From IMG/VR virus record IMGVR_UViG_3300034005_000004, positions 1 to 62,962 of that record: 62,962 nt of DNA. One strand, 5' to 3'. Source of the stretch: a virus. A model generated the notes under the pieces. It saw only the letters and a program-made list of their open reading frames with translations. It was not told where the DNA came from and searched no databases. A program made the translations under genes and the position numbers. Below, piece after piece: positions 44,870 to 53,218 of this stretch (its first letter is position 1; each line of letters starts with the position of its first letter).

Positions 44870-46396
44870 TTACTGATGAAGTGTCACCTTAAAGCCTCTC
44901 TCTACGAGGCCGTGCAGTCTCTTCTGATGAGAGTCGAATTCATCTTTAGTCATCAGAATGTCATGGCGTGATTTCTTGAGCGAGTGAAACAGCCGCCCGG
45001 TGCGCTGAATCTCTTGCTGCCTTGAGCCGAACAGGAAATCGACCTCGATGATATGCTCAAGGTCATCGAGCGACACGCCCATATCCATGACGCGCGAAGC
45101 CACGAACGCGGGTGACTGCCTGGCCGTCGTCATGCGCCCGTTCGTCCCGCCGTGAACGTGCGGAAGGTTGAGGCGTTTCGCTATCTGCGCGCCGAGGTCT
45201 ATTGCGTCTGAAAAGATGAGCGTCTTCTTACTTGAATCGAACAACTCTGCGGCCTTGTTGATCTTCTGCGCCTTGCTCGGCACTATCCAGACGTTTACCT
45301 CGTGATACTGCTTTCCGAGCGTCTTCATCAACTCACGCCAGTCATGACCGATAGGGAACCCCGTGAGCGCGAAGATGTAATTCGTTCGGCCATCTTCCCT
45401 GTAGGGTGAGGCAGAGAGCCCGATTCTATACTTCGTCTTGAGCGTGGCAAGCCGGGAAAATGAGGTAGCAGGCAGGCGATGGCACTCGTCGAACAGTACA
45501 ACGTCCCATTCGTGCTTTGCTACTTTCTCATAAGCCTGATATGTCACGATCCTTAGAGCCGAGCTTTCATGGCTTCCCTCTTCCCGCCCTAGTCGGGGGG
45601 CGTATTTTCTGAAGTAGTCTTTCCATTGGTCGATAAGCGTCTTCGTCGGCACGACGATCAGCTTTCTACCATTGATCGAGTCGAGACACTTCATGGCGAA
45701 AAACGACTTGCCCGCGCCCGTCATCCAATAAACCCCGACTGCGCCAAGCTCAAGCCATCGCAGATAAGCGTCTTGCTGGAATTGATACCTGCCTCCGCAG
45801 GTGAAACTAATGGAGGGCTCCCTGTAATCCTGAGTGGCTACGGGCCGCGCCGCGAAAGGCAGATAGCCGTCGTCGATCATCTGAGCGAGCAGTTGAAACT
45901 CTTTGCCGCGCGTGATGTATCCGACGTCGCCCTTGATGCGGCTCAAGAAGGGTCTATATCTCTCGGCTGCCGCCCTGCCGTTTTGATCGAAAGTAAGAAG
46001 ACCGTCCGCGACCGAGAAGGCTACGGGCGTCTGCTCAAGCCCGGTAGCTTCGCTGATCGACTCAGGAACGCTGCCAAGCCAAAGCGTGTACCGATTGACA
46101 AGAAAAACATTGTAAGAATCTGTGGCGAACTCAAGCCAGCCGACGGCGAAGTCTATAAACTTTGGGACTATGCAATACCACTCATGGGCGCGCCTTTGTA
46201 TGAGAACGTATGGCTGTTTAAGGAAGGCGCGAAACGCCTCCTCGTCGAGCGCAGGGTATATCGAATTACTGAGAGCAAGCGTCTTCTCTTTTGCCTGGCG
46301 CAATGATTCTTCTGCATGATCTAGAGCCGCTCGTGCTACCGCAAGCTGGTCGTTGAAGAATGTCATCGGTTCCTTTCGCGCTTCGATAAGGCTCAA
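44870..46396 (-). CDS. Superfamily-2 DNA helicase (DEAD/DEAH, XPB/ResIII-like)
   Basis: Walker A 'MTGAGKS', 'FDECH' motif II, 'SASP' motif III, 'QQEIQRTGR' motif VI. Confidence 0.85.
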   Translation of the reverse strand: MSLIEARKEPMTFFNDQLAVARAALDHAEESLRQAKEKTLALSNSIYPALDEEAFRAFLKQPYVLIQRRAHEWYCIVPKFIDFAVGWLEFATDSYNVFLVNRYTLWLGSVPESISEATGLEQTPVAFSVADGLLTFDQNGRAAAERYRPFLSRIKGDVGYITRGKEFQLLAQMIDDGYLPFAARPVATQDYREPSISFTCGGRYQFQQDAYLRWLELGAVGVYWMTGAGKSFFAMKCLDSINGRKLIVVPTKTLIDQWKDYFRKYAPRLGREEGSHESSALRIVTYQAYEKVAKHEWDVVLFDECHRLPATSFSRLATLKTKYRIGLSASPYREDGRTNYIFALTGFPIGHDWRELMKTLGKQYHEVNVWIVPSKAQKINKAAELFDSSKKTLIFSDAIDLGAQIAKRLNLPHVHGGTNGRMTTARQSPAFVASRVMDMGVSLDDLEHIIEVDFLFGSRQQEIQRTGRLFHSLKKSRHDILMTKDEFDSHQKRLHGLVERGFKVTLHQ

Positions 46397-46476
46397 GGGG
46401 CATCATAGACACCCCTTGAGCAAGCGACGCGCTACTGCAAAGCTAGAGTCGCAGCGACGCCGCGACGAATTACCCG

Positions 46477-47004
46477 TCAAGTGAACGTGCTCGAAAGCAT
46501 CCTCTCTGCTCTCGCCTGTAGCGTCGCCGTTGTCGCGTCGTGCAGCGCGCAGGGCTGGCCCGCTTCCGTCGCGCAACGGCCCATGCACGAGATGTGAGAG
46601 GTTTTGATGCCGCACTGCTCGCACTGCTCGCTTACCCCCATCGTGTTATCGACGCGGCAGAAATAGAAGGCGAGCGGCTTAAAGACAGGCGGCCTCGTGT
46701 AATTGAACGATCTCCTCCACGACGGAAGAGACATGTTGTCGATGAGAAGCTCAACCACTTTCCCGGGGGTTAGCCCCCGGCGCGTGATGGCGCTGAGCAA
46801 CTCTTCTGCTTTTTGTTGGTTCTTGACGAGCGCGAACGTGATGACCTTGCCCGCGCGTTGTGCGGTTACGATCCGCGCACCTGGGTATCTCGCTCTGAGC
46901 CGCCGCCTCGGGTTATGCCCGGGTGTCGGCGACTTGTACGAGATAGGCGCATACCCCTCCTTGAGCAAGTCGAGCAAGCTTGCCTTCTCCGGGGCGTCCG
47001 TCAT
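46477..47004 (-). CDS. Hypothetical protein with C-terminal Cys cluster
   Basis: ATG 47004 after GAGGTG; 'CEQCG...CMGRC' near the C-terminus. Confidence 0.55.
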   Translation of the reverse strand: MTDAPEKASLLDLLKEGYAPISYKSPTPGHNPRRRLRARYPGARIVTAQRAGKVITFALVKNQQKAEELLSAITRRGLTPGKVVELLIDNMSLPSWRRSFNYTRPPVFKPLAFYFCRVDNTMGVSEQCEQCGIKTSHISCMGRCATEAGQPCALHDATTATLQARAERMLSSTFT

Positions 47005-47154
47005 AGCGACACCTCGCAGAGAAGCGTTCCCGCGCACACTTGCGACAACATTATCTGCTTGTGCATGATATTTGGGCCTTTCGACGTGCCTTAGTCTCAC
47101 GTCAGAGGCGGGTCGGGCGCTTATGGGTTCTCAAGCCAAGCTCCCGGCCCTTTG

Positions 47155-48006
47155 TCAATTCCGCACACCGTTATCTTGCGATGGGGGAAGACGCGAAGGC
47201 CCGTCGCGGGTGCGAGCGCAAAGACGAACGCGCTCTATTACGTGGATCGTCAGAGGGCGGGCCTTGACGGCCCCCGCCTTTGCCCTCCTGATGCAGAGGA
47301 ATACTAGAATTGCTATGAAGAGCAGGCGGGCGGTGCGCCTGATTCGCTTCACGCTTTTGACGACGACGAGGATCGCCCTTCTCTCAAGCTCCCTTATGTC
47401 GTCGCCTATCTCTTGCCCCGTCTCTCGCCACTCCGGGTACACGTTTGAAAGCGGTGAGGCGCAGACCGTTCGAGCGATGCGCGCCGCCTCTTCAAGCCGT
47501 CCCGTCGCGTGCAGCTCTACGGCCAGGCTGTTCAGCACGTCAAGGTAGAGGCGCGGATTGAACCGCGCGATTGCACGCGCGGCGGGCATGATGCCTTCAA
47601 GTATCGCGAGCGCGCGGCGGTGATCGCCCTCAATAGACATTAGTAAAGCGATTGCGCGTTGCGCTTCGATGCGCGTTGAAATATCTGCCTGCGGGATTCT
47701 TGAAACATCTTCGAAATACGAAAGGTAAGCATAAGGATTACCCTTGAATCGCTCCACCGCTCCCAAAGACAAGATCGCTCGCGCTCTGAATTCAGCGGGC
47801 GCGTTCTCCGCCGCTCTTTCAAATAGAGCTTGAGCCTGTCTTAAATCACCCTGACCGTTGTTTTGAACTGCCAGTCCTGAGTAGTAATCGGCAATGGCCC
47901 TATACTTTCGGCGGTCGGCCATTACCTGGCTAATCAGCCGTAACTCGTCGAACCTGCGGAGCGTAACCGCATGGTCGGCAAGCTGTATTAGCCCTTGCGC
48001 CGACAC
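47155..48006 (-). CDS. TPR-repeat protein with C-terminal TM (start tentative; ORF open to 48270)
   Basis: Several A-x-x-x-(Y/F)...A helical-hairpin repeats; GTG 48006 avoids overlap with the divergent gene 48032-48292. Confidence 0.55.
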   Translation of the reverse strand: MSAQGLIQLADHAVTLRRFDELRLISQVMADRRKYRAIADYYSGLAVQNNGQGDLRQAQALFERAAENAPAEFRARAILSLGAVERFKGNPYAYLSYFEDVSRIPQADISTRIEAQRAIALLMSIEGDHRRALAILEGIMPAARAIARFNPRLYLDVLNSLAVELHATGRLEEAARIARTVCASPLSNVYPEWRETGQEIGDDIRELERRAILVVVKSVKRIRRTARLLFIAILVFLCIRRAKAGAVKARPLTIHVIERVRLCARTRDGPSRLPPSQDNGVRN

Positions 48007-48031
48007 ATCTTTCTGAAAGGACGATAAAGAA

Positions 48032-48292
48032 ATGAGAATTAAACGAGTGTTCGCAACCCTGATACTCTGTCTGTATCTATCATTGACCGCCCTCGCGGGC
48101 CATACGACGCCGGGCGGCGCGTACTGCGATGGCGTGTGCGTGCAAAGCAAATGCTCCGTCTGCGGGGCAGCATGCACGGACGGAAACGCCCCTATCTCGC
48201 AAGATGAGAGCAAAGGCGCGTCAACTGATATGCCCGAGGACGTATTGGTGATTGCCTTTCTCTTGTTCATGGTCTATAGATTTCGCAGTTAA
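48032..48292 (+). CDS. Secreted Cys-rich peptide with a GHTTPGG N-terminus and a PEP-CTERM-like anchor
   Basis: Signal 'MRIKRVFATLILCLYLSLTALA|GHTTPGG'; 6 Cys; C-terminal 'PEDVLVIAFLLFMVYRFRS'; high GC3 in this frame. Confidence 0.5.
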   Translation: MRIKRVFATLILCLYLSLTALAGHTTPGGAYCDGVCVQSKCSVCGAACTDGNAPISQDESKGASTDMPEDVLVIAFLLFMVYRFRS

Positions 48293-48486
48293 CGGCTGAG
48301 CGGTCAACCAGCTTGAGCGGTAGGGGAGAGCTGGCTGGCCTGCTTTAGTCGGGTAACTCTCAACCAGCAGGGGCTAATCTTTTTAGTGCTGAGTCTTTTT
48401 GATTCTGTGCTCGTCGGATTATGCCCCTGCTTCCTTGTCACCGCGATACCTCTCTTTACATACGCTACTTCAGTCGCGAATCACTG

Positions 48487-48663
48487 CTATTGAGAACCGT
48501 TAATTCTCCGCAGGATTCGTTTCAGCTTGCAGCGCTGACACCAGAGCGATTCAATCCGCTCGCCTTTGAAATAATAAACGTGTATTGGTCGTCTACCGCA
48601 TGACCAGCAAAGACCTTTCGCGGCGGTACTGTCATAGTGCTGATCGAACGCTTGCTGACTCAA
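48487..48663 (-). CDS. Small zinc-ribbon protein (58 aa, TTG start)
   Basis: 'CWSCG...x19...CQRC'; GAGG upstream; below the track size cut-off. Confidence 0.3.
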   Translation of the reverse strand: MSQQAFDQHYDSTAAKGLCWSCGRRPIHVYYFKGERIESLWCQRCKLKRILRRINGSQ

Positions 48664-48864
48664 TTGATCGCCTCATCTCTACTAAGCTATCGCCACATTA
48701 ACATACTAATGCGGTAGTAGTCTGATCAAGAAAATTCCCTTCCATTCGCCTCTCTAAAATCATCGTCATTTGCTCAGTTTTTCTGCCGGAGATTATCGGT
48801 CTGAGTAGCCGCGCATACATCGTGAAATATAACTCCGGGCGCGGCGTTGCTACTATCGCGCGCC

Positions 48865-49116
48865 ATGATCCGTTATCTCATACGAAAGGTCGCTCAGAAG
48901 AAAGGCATCGCTAATCCTTATCAGCTCGCGCAGGCAACGGAGCTGCCGTATGAGTCTTGCCGTCGCCTCTGGGCCGATGATACATCGTCCATGTCGAAAG
49001 AGACGCTCGCCCGCCTCTGCGCAACGCTCAACGTGCAGCCTGCCGACTTGATTGACTGGATACCTGAGAATCGCGACCTCCCTCCTACGAAACGGCATCA
49101 GAGACGACGGTTATAA
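48865..49116 (+). CDS. XRE/Cro-type HTH regulator (paralogue of 53219-53530)
   Basis: 'NPYQLAQATELPYESCRRLW...ETLARLCATLNVQPADLI' aligns with the 53219 protein. Confidence 0.7.
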   Translation: MIRYLIRKVAQKKGIANPYQLAQATELPYESCRRLWADDTSSMSKETLARLCATLNVQPADLIDWIPENRDLPPTKRHQRRRL

Positions 49117-49128
49117 TGGACATGGCTC

Positions 49129-49398
49129 TTATGAGCGCGCATCTAGCCGACGGAGATGCTTTTCTACAGTTGACGCATCGTGCTTCAATGCGTCCAGCAA
49201 CGCAGAGACGCCGCAGATCGCCGCCTTCTCCTCGTCTTGTATATCACCGTTTTTAACCAGGGTGTTGTCCAGCGCGCGCAGGCTGAACATTACCCCGATC
49301 TTATCCGAAGCAATATCTCTCACGTCGCAGAGCACCAATTTGTAGACGCTGATTTCGGCGATGGTGCGCTCGGATTTTATATCAACTCGTGATTGCAT
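49129..49398 (-). CDS. Hypothetical protein
   Basis: 89-aa ORF at the end of the leftward operon. Confidence 0.5.
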   Translation of the reverse strand: MQSRVDIKSERTIAEISVYKLVLCDVRDIASDKIGVMFSLRALDNTLVKNGDIQDEEKAAICGVSALLDALKHDASTVEKHLRRLDARS

Positions 49399-49414
49399 CT
49401 TTTTCCCTTCACGC

Positions 49415-49894
49415 TCACAGCTTCTTAACGTACATCTCTAAATCAACGCGCTTGATACGACGCGCCCTGCCCGGCAACCGCTTCAGCTTGCCCTCCTGAA
49501 TCGCCTCAATGATATGAGACTTACCCAGGCCCGATAGCGCGACAGCTTCATCTACTGTCAGCACGAGCTTGATCGCGAGCTGACGGAGGTCGCGCGCGGG
49601 GGCCGCCGCCGCGCCTGGCTGAGACATGGCCTGCGCGATTTGCAAGCCGACCTGCTGGCCGATAGATTGCGCGATGATCGCGACCTCTTCGCCACGACGC
49701 GCGATGGCTGTCGTGGCGGGCTGTCGCGGCTCCTCCATCTTCAGCTTGAGCGCGCTCACTTCCCTTTCGTCGTAGAGCGCGCGCCTGTCGTCGTCGTAGG
49801 TGACGTGCAGCAAGCCCTTCGCGGTGTAGCGTTCAATCGCGCGGGTTGAGGTTCCTAGTATTTCTGATGCTTCCTTCTTGGTTAGCTTTTTCAT
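49415..49894 (-). CDS. Tandem excisionase/MerR-type HTH DNA-binding protein
   Basis: 'LTKKEASEILGTSTRAIERY' and 'LTVDEAVALSGLGKSHIIEAI' helix-turn-helix segments. Confidence 0.6.
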   Translation of the reverse strand: MKKLTKKEASEILGTSTRAIERYTAKGLLHVTYDDDRRALYDEREVSALKLKMEEPRQPATTAIARRGEEVAIIAQSIGQQVGLQIAQAMSQPGAAAAPARDLRQLAIKLVLTVDEAVALSGLGKSHIIEAIQEGKLKRLPGRARRIKRVDLEMYVKKL

Positions 49895-49951
49895 AATGGC
49901 CGCAAGATAGCACGACGGCGCGACAGCGACAAGCGTCGAGGTGTCGTGTCG

Positions 49952-50293
49952 TCAATCAACGTAATCGAACTCTATTCGGTTAATGACCTTATCAACCGGA
50001 CATCTATTGTGCTTTGAAAACATCTCGACAAACCCTTCCGGCTCAAGATCAGGGAAGCCCTCAAGGATGCACTCTTCTTTCGTGATGGCGTTGAGCGGCT
50101 CGGGCCGATTGCTCACGCATCTACCCAGATCGAGATATACGATCTTCTCGCCTTTCTTCAACCCCTGGCACTGCTTAACCATGTTGAACAATTCGCCCGG
50201 TTTAAGGTCGGCCCATCCGAGGCGGCGAGTAACGCGCTTCGTGCGGTTCCTGATCTGTTCTTCTGTGATCATGAAGCTCATGTTTCTCGGCAT
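49952..50293 (-). CDS. ASCH-domain protein
   Basis: 'MSFMITEEQIRNRTKRVTRRLGW...' typical ASCH N-terminus; start ATG 50293 after AAAGGTG. Confidence 0.65.
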   Translation of the reverse strand: MPRNMSFMITEEQIRNRTKRVTRRLGWADLKPGELFNMVKQCQGLKKGEKIVYLDLGRCVSNRPEPLNAITKEECILEGFPDLEPEGFVEMFSKHNRCPVDKVINRIEFDYVD

Positions 50294-50335
50294 CTGCTTA
50301 CACCTTTCTAAAGCGCGTGCTATACTCAGCGCACT
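50294..50335. promoter_or_regulatory. Divergent control region; extended -10 TGCTATACT for GHT ORF 2
   Basis: TATACT at 50321-50326 preceded by TGC; ATG at 50336, 9 nt downstream; no SD. Confidence 0.5.
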
Positions 50336-50614
50336 ATGCAAGATCAATTAAACAACGGTCACACGCTTGCGGGCGGTCATGCGGTCACAAACGCCCGCCT
50401 CGGTCACGCCACGCCCGGCGGCAGAAATGGTCATACGGTCAGCGGCGGTAGAACAGCAATAGGCGGTCGCCTCAGTAATACTCCCGTCGTCGGACATACA
50501 ATAGGAGGCGGCAGAACGGGTCATACAATTACAGGCGGCCACACCTGGAGCGGGGGGCATACGCTCGGGGGTGGGCATAGCCTCGTCGGCGGAAGATCCG
50601 GTCATACGTGTTGA
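50336..50614 (+). CDS. G-H-T hexapeptide-repeat small protein, paralogue 2
   Basis: 92 aa: ...GHTLAGGHAVTNARLGHATPGGRNGHTVSGGRTAIGG...GHTITGGHTWSGGHTLGGGHSLVGGRSGHTC; third-position wobble pattern. Confidence 0.6.
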   Translation: MQDQLNNGHTLAGGHAVTNARLGHATPGGRNGHTVSGGRTAIGGRLSNTPVVGHTIGGGRTGHTITGGHTWSGGHTLGGGHSLVGGRSGHTC

Positions 50615-51128
50615 CGCGCCCGATGTGAACGCGAGGGAAGGCGGCGCACCATTGCGGCGCAGTCTTCCATTTCCAGGCAACAGTTCCGCCGATAAAAACA
50701 ACATCGGCATTATTGGGAACGTCTTTCCTGGTCATGCCGTCTTGCACGGCGAAGGCGAGCTTGAACCCGTAAGACTCGACGACGACGCTCCACTTGTCCC
50801 ACTCTTTAAGAGTGCCGTCGCGGTCGGCAACAACATCAGGGACAAGGGCCCAGAGCGGGGGCTGTCCCGCGAGCGCCGCCCGGTACGCCCATTCGAGTAG
50901 CTGAAGGTATGCAGGCTCGCTCCACGCGGTTCCGTTTTCCCAGGCAGGAAAACGGTTATTATCTAAAGCGTAAGGGAGCCATCTGTAGGGGCCGCGCTGC
51001 CCTGTCGGGCCGTAAAGATGACCGAGCAAGCCGGAGTATTTCGTCGCCCAATGATGCACGAGGGCTTTACTTGAATTTGCGGGCATAACCATCATAGGTT
51101 TGTATTCCTCACGCGCTCTTGCGCTCAT
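50529..51128 (-). CDS. Hypothetical protein (faint resemblance to DNA/tRNA transglycosylase-like phage proteins)
   Basis: 'VFIGGTVAWKWK' and 'HIGRVNT' motifs; the last 86 nt overlap the 3' end of GHT ORF 2. Confidence 0.55.
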   Translation of the reverse strand: MSARAREEYKPMMVMPANSSKALVHHWATKYSGLLGHLYGPTGQRGPYRWLPYALDNNRFPAWENGTAWSEPAYLQLLEWAYRAALAGQPPLWALVPDVVADRDGTLKEWDKWSVVVESYGFKLAFAVQDGMTRKDVPNNADVVFIGGTVAWKWKTAPQWCAAFPRVHIGRVNTYDRIFRRRGYAHPRAYAPRSRCGRL

Positions 51129-51555
51129 ACGACGACGACGTTACCTCGCACGCTCTGGCGTTCAGGTGATCTATCAGGTAGCGCGCGGCCCGGCGGTTCA
51201 ACTCCTCAGGCCTCAGCTTGAAGAGTTCCGCGCACTCGCGCTCCGCATAGATCCCCGCGCTGTTTGCGATGGCGTTAATGCAGACAAGCTGCTTCGGGGT
51301 TACGAGACTGCTCATTCTGCGCGCAACGGGATCGCCTTCAAACGCTCGCACGGGAGCGACGGGAGCGAAGCGCGGAGGCTCAAGCCCGGACAGGTTAGAA
51401 AGCAGACCGCGCAGCTCGAAGAGAGCCAGGTCTATAGCAGGGGCATCGCGCTCTATCAGAGCGTCAATCCTGCCCTGTATCAATAGCCGTATATGCTCGA
51501 CAGGCGACAAGCCCTGTCGTGTCGCGGTCCCTTCCGGCTGTGAATGATCTTTCAT
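51109..51555 (-). CDS. Hypothetical protein
   Basis: GGGAGGA RBS plus ATGAAAG start; 148 aa. Confidence 0.65.
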   Translation of the reverse strand: MKDHSQPEGTATRQGLSPVEHIRLLIQGRIDALIERDAPAIDLALFELRGLLSNLSGLEPPRFAPVAPVRAFEGDPVARRMSSLVTPKQLVCINAIANSAGIYAERECAELFKLRPEELNRRAARYLIDHLNARACEVTSSSYERKSA

Positions 51556-51588
51556 CGCAAATCCTCCCTATGCTATAGTCTCGCCACT
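51556..51588. promoter_or_regulatory. Divergent control cassette; extended -10 TGCTATAGT for GHT ORF 3
   Basis: TATAGT at 51574-51579 preceded by TGC; ATG at 51589, 9 nt downstream. Confidence 0.5.
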
Positions 51589-51795
51589 ATGGGACATGTA
51601 TACGGTTCAGGCAGAATGGGTCACGTTCTAGGCAGCGGCAGAGCAGACCATTCGACCACAGGCGGTTGCTCTGGTCACAACACAACTAGCGGTCATACTA
51701 TGTCTGGGAGCCACGCGCTTAGTGGTGGCCGCATAGTCCCGGGCGGTCGCACGGTAGCCGGCGGCTGCTCCGTTCATGGATTGATGGGCGGCTGA
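51589..51795 (+). CDS. G-H-T hexapeptide-repeat small protein, paralogue 3
   Basis: MGHVYGSGRMGHVLGSGRADHSTTGGCSGHNTTSGHTMSGSHALSGGRIVPGGRTVAGGCSVHGLMGG. Confidence 0.55.
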   Translation: MGHVYGSGRMGHVLGSGRADHSTTGGCSGHNTTSGHTMSGSHALSGGRIVPGGRTVAGGCSVHGLMGG

Positions 51796-51915
51796 TTTCA
51801 TATAGTTTATGCCACGATGTTTGCCCCGTTGAGGTTCGTCATCGCCCCCGCCTTTCGTGCCTCGCGCCTGATGCGGCGTTACGCTATTCAATCGTCGCGT
51901 AGCTGCGCCAGGTAT

Positions 51916-52032
51916 TTATAGTTGATCTAGGTTGAAGCCTCTGCCGGTGTACCATTCGCTGTAGGCATCACGCCCTTCCCTTGTCAGCGCCAGCTCATCT
52001 CCAAAGCCGCTTAGGAGTCCGGCCCGCTTCAT
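51916..52032 (-). CDS. Small hypothetical protein (38 aa)
   Basis: ATGA stop/start overlap with gene 52029-52586; below the track cut-off. Confidence 0.4.
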   Translation of the reverse strand: MKRAGLLSGFGDELALTREGRDAYSEWYTGRGFNLDQL

Positions 52033-52586
52033 CCGACCCCCGCGATTGGAGACCCCACGCCTTCAGGCTGGGGAGGAAAATCGCATCCCTGAGCCGCCTC
52101 AATGGCGGCGATAGGGATAACGTATTGGTTAGGGTACCGCTCCAAGATTACGAGCTTGCTTCGCTTTGACACTCCGCACTTGACGAATCCTGCTTTTAAG
52201 AAATAGTAGCCAGGATTTGTCGAGCGAATCTTGCGCGGATTGACGTAAGTGTAAAGCCGCTGATTCGGCCATTTCTCCCAAGCAAGTTCGCAGGCTTCCA
52301 ATATCAAAGTGCTGCTTAAAATCTGTCCTTCGTTTCTGAATACAGCACAGTTGATTCCTTGCTGCCCATCATCGCTGATGAACTTTCGCCACACGAACAG
52401 AGCATCACAAGCGGCAGTTAGCAATACCCTATACTCGCCGGGGCCAACAAACTTGAGCGGCTTCCGACCGTCTTTGTATCGCCTGCGCGAATAATGACGG
52501 TCAAATAGTTCACGCGCTCGATAGTCCGCATCTTTAGCTTCGTACCAATAACCCTCTTTGAGTTTTAGATATTGCTGCGTTGCCAT
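52029..52586 (-). CDS. Conserved phage protein, possibly acetyltransferase-like fold
   Basis: 'INCAVFRNEG' and 'PGYYFLKAGF' segments recalled from phage proteins sometimes annotated GNAT-like. Confidence 0.55.
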   Translation of the reverse strand: MATQQYLKLKEGYWYEAKDADYRARELFDRHYSRRRYKDGRKPLKFVGPGEYRVLLTAACDALFVWRKFISDDGQQGINCAVFRNEGQILSSTLILEACELAWEKWPNQRLYTYVNPRKIRSTNPGYYFLKAGFVKCGVSKRSKLVILERYPNQYVIPIAAIEAAQGCDFPPQPEGVGSPIAGVG

Positions 52587-52621
52587 TAACCTTCCGCCCT
52601 TAGCAAGAGAAGCCCCGTCGT

Positions 52622-52807
52622 TTACGGCGCGGGAGTAGTTACCAGACCGATGTGAGGTTTGACCGCTGCATCAAACCAGAGCTTTCCATTTTCCTGTCCG
52701 GTGATGTAACCGCCGTTGCTCGCTTCGATCATTAGAATTGCCCTTGCTATGCTGTCGCTAATCATCGCCGCTTCCCCTTTCATCATGCAGACGCGACAAC
52801 ACGACAC
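52622..52807 (-). CDS. Small hypothetical protein
   Basis: 61-aa ORF in the leftward early operon. Confidence 0.45.
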   Translation of the reverse strand: MSCCRVCMMKGEAAMISDSIARAILMIEASNGGYITGQENGKLWFDAAVKPHIGLVTTPAP

Positions 52808-52837
52808 CCTGACACGTCGCGGTGTCGCGGTTATCTC

Positions 52838-53059
52838 TTAAAGTATGTTTGGGTTATTGAAGTCCGCGAAGCTCATCGGCTCGCCGCCTTCGCGCACGGC
52901 GAAAGCGCAGTAATCGTCATAGCGAGCGAGCAGCAAATCAATGTTCGACGGGCGCTTGATTCGCCTTTCTTCCGCTTCCTCTGCGGCGGCGTGCGCCTCT
53001 TTGAGTCGCTCGAATGCTTCGCTCTTGTTAGGCGCGGGCTGCGTGGTAAGTGTATTCAT
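52838..53059 (-). CDS. First gene of the leftward operon (73 aa)
   Basis: ATG 53059 after GGAG; downstream of the leftward promoter. Confidence 0.6.
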   Translation of the reverse strand: MNTLTTQPAPNKSEAFERLKEAHAAAEEAEERRIKRPSNIDLLLARYDDYCAFAVREGGEPMSFADFNNPNIL

Positions 53060-53122
53060 GTTTGTCTCCGTTGTGAGTCTTCGCTGCTTTATTTGCAGTC
53101 TGTTAATGTCATTACAGCTAGG

Positions 53123-53211
53123 AATTCTACAACAAGTTAGTAGCGTGGTCAAGAAAATTCTACAACAAGTTAGTAAAAACTGCTTGCAATTATCAAAAAT
53201 GTGTAGATAAT
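53123..53211. promoter_or_regulatory. Divergent promoter/operator switch region
   Basis: 20-nt direct repeats AATTCTACAACAAGTTAGTA at 53123-53142 and 53156-53175, third half-site AAGTTAGTA at 53241-53249; leftward TTGACC-17-TAGAAT, rightward TTGCAA(53184)-16-GATAAT(53206). Confidence 0.65.
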
Positions 53212-53218
53212 AGCGGCT

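Noticed and set aside
47155-48270. Full-length 371-aa version of the TPR ORF
   Set aside because: Its first ~88 residues are featureless and overlap the opposite-strand ORF 48032-48292, which has a signal peptide, a Cys core, an anchor and high GC3. A GTG start at 48006 is preferred, but this is unproven.
50336-50614. Possible CRISPR array or non-coding tandem repeat at the GGTCATAC-type repeats (also 1958-2158 and 51589-51795)
   Set aside because: The units are 9/18/27 nt with no repeat-spacer alternation. Variation is concentrated at every third position, an ATG and stop bound each block, and no cas genes are present. Coding repeats fit better.
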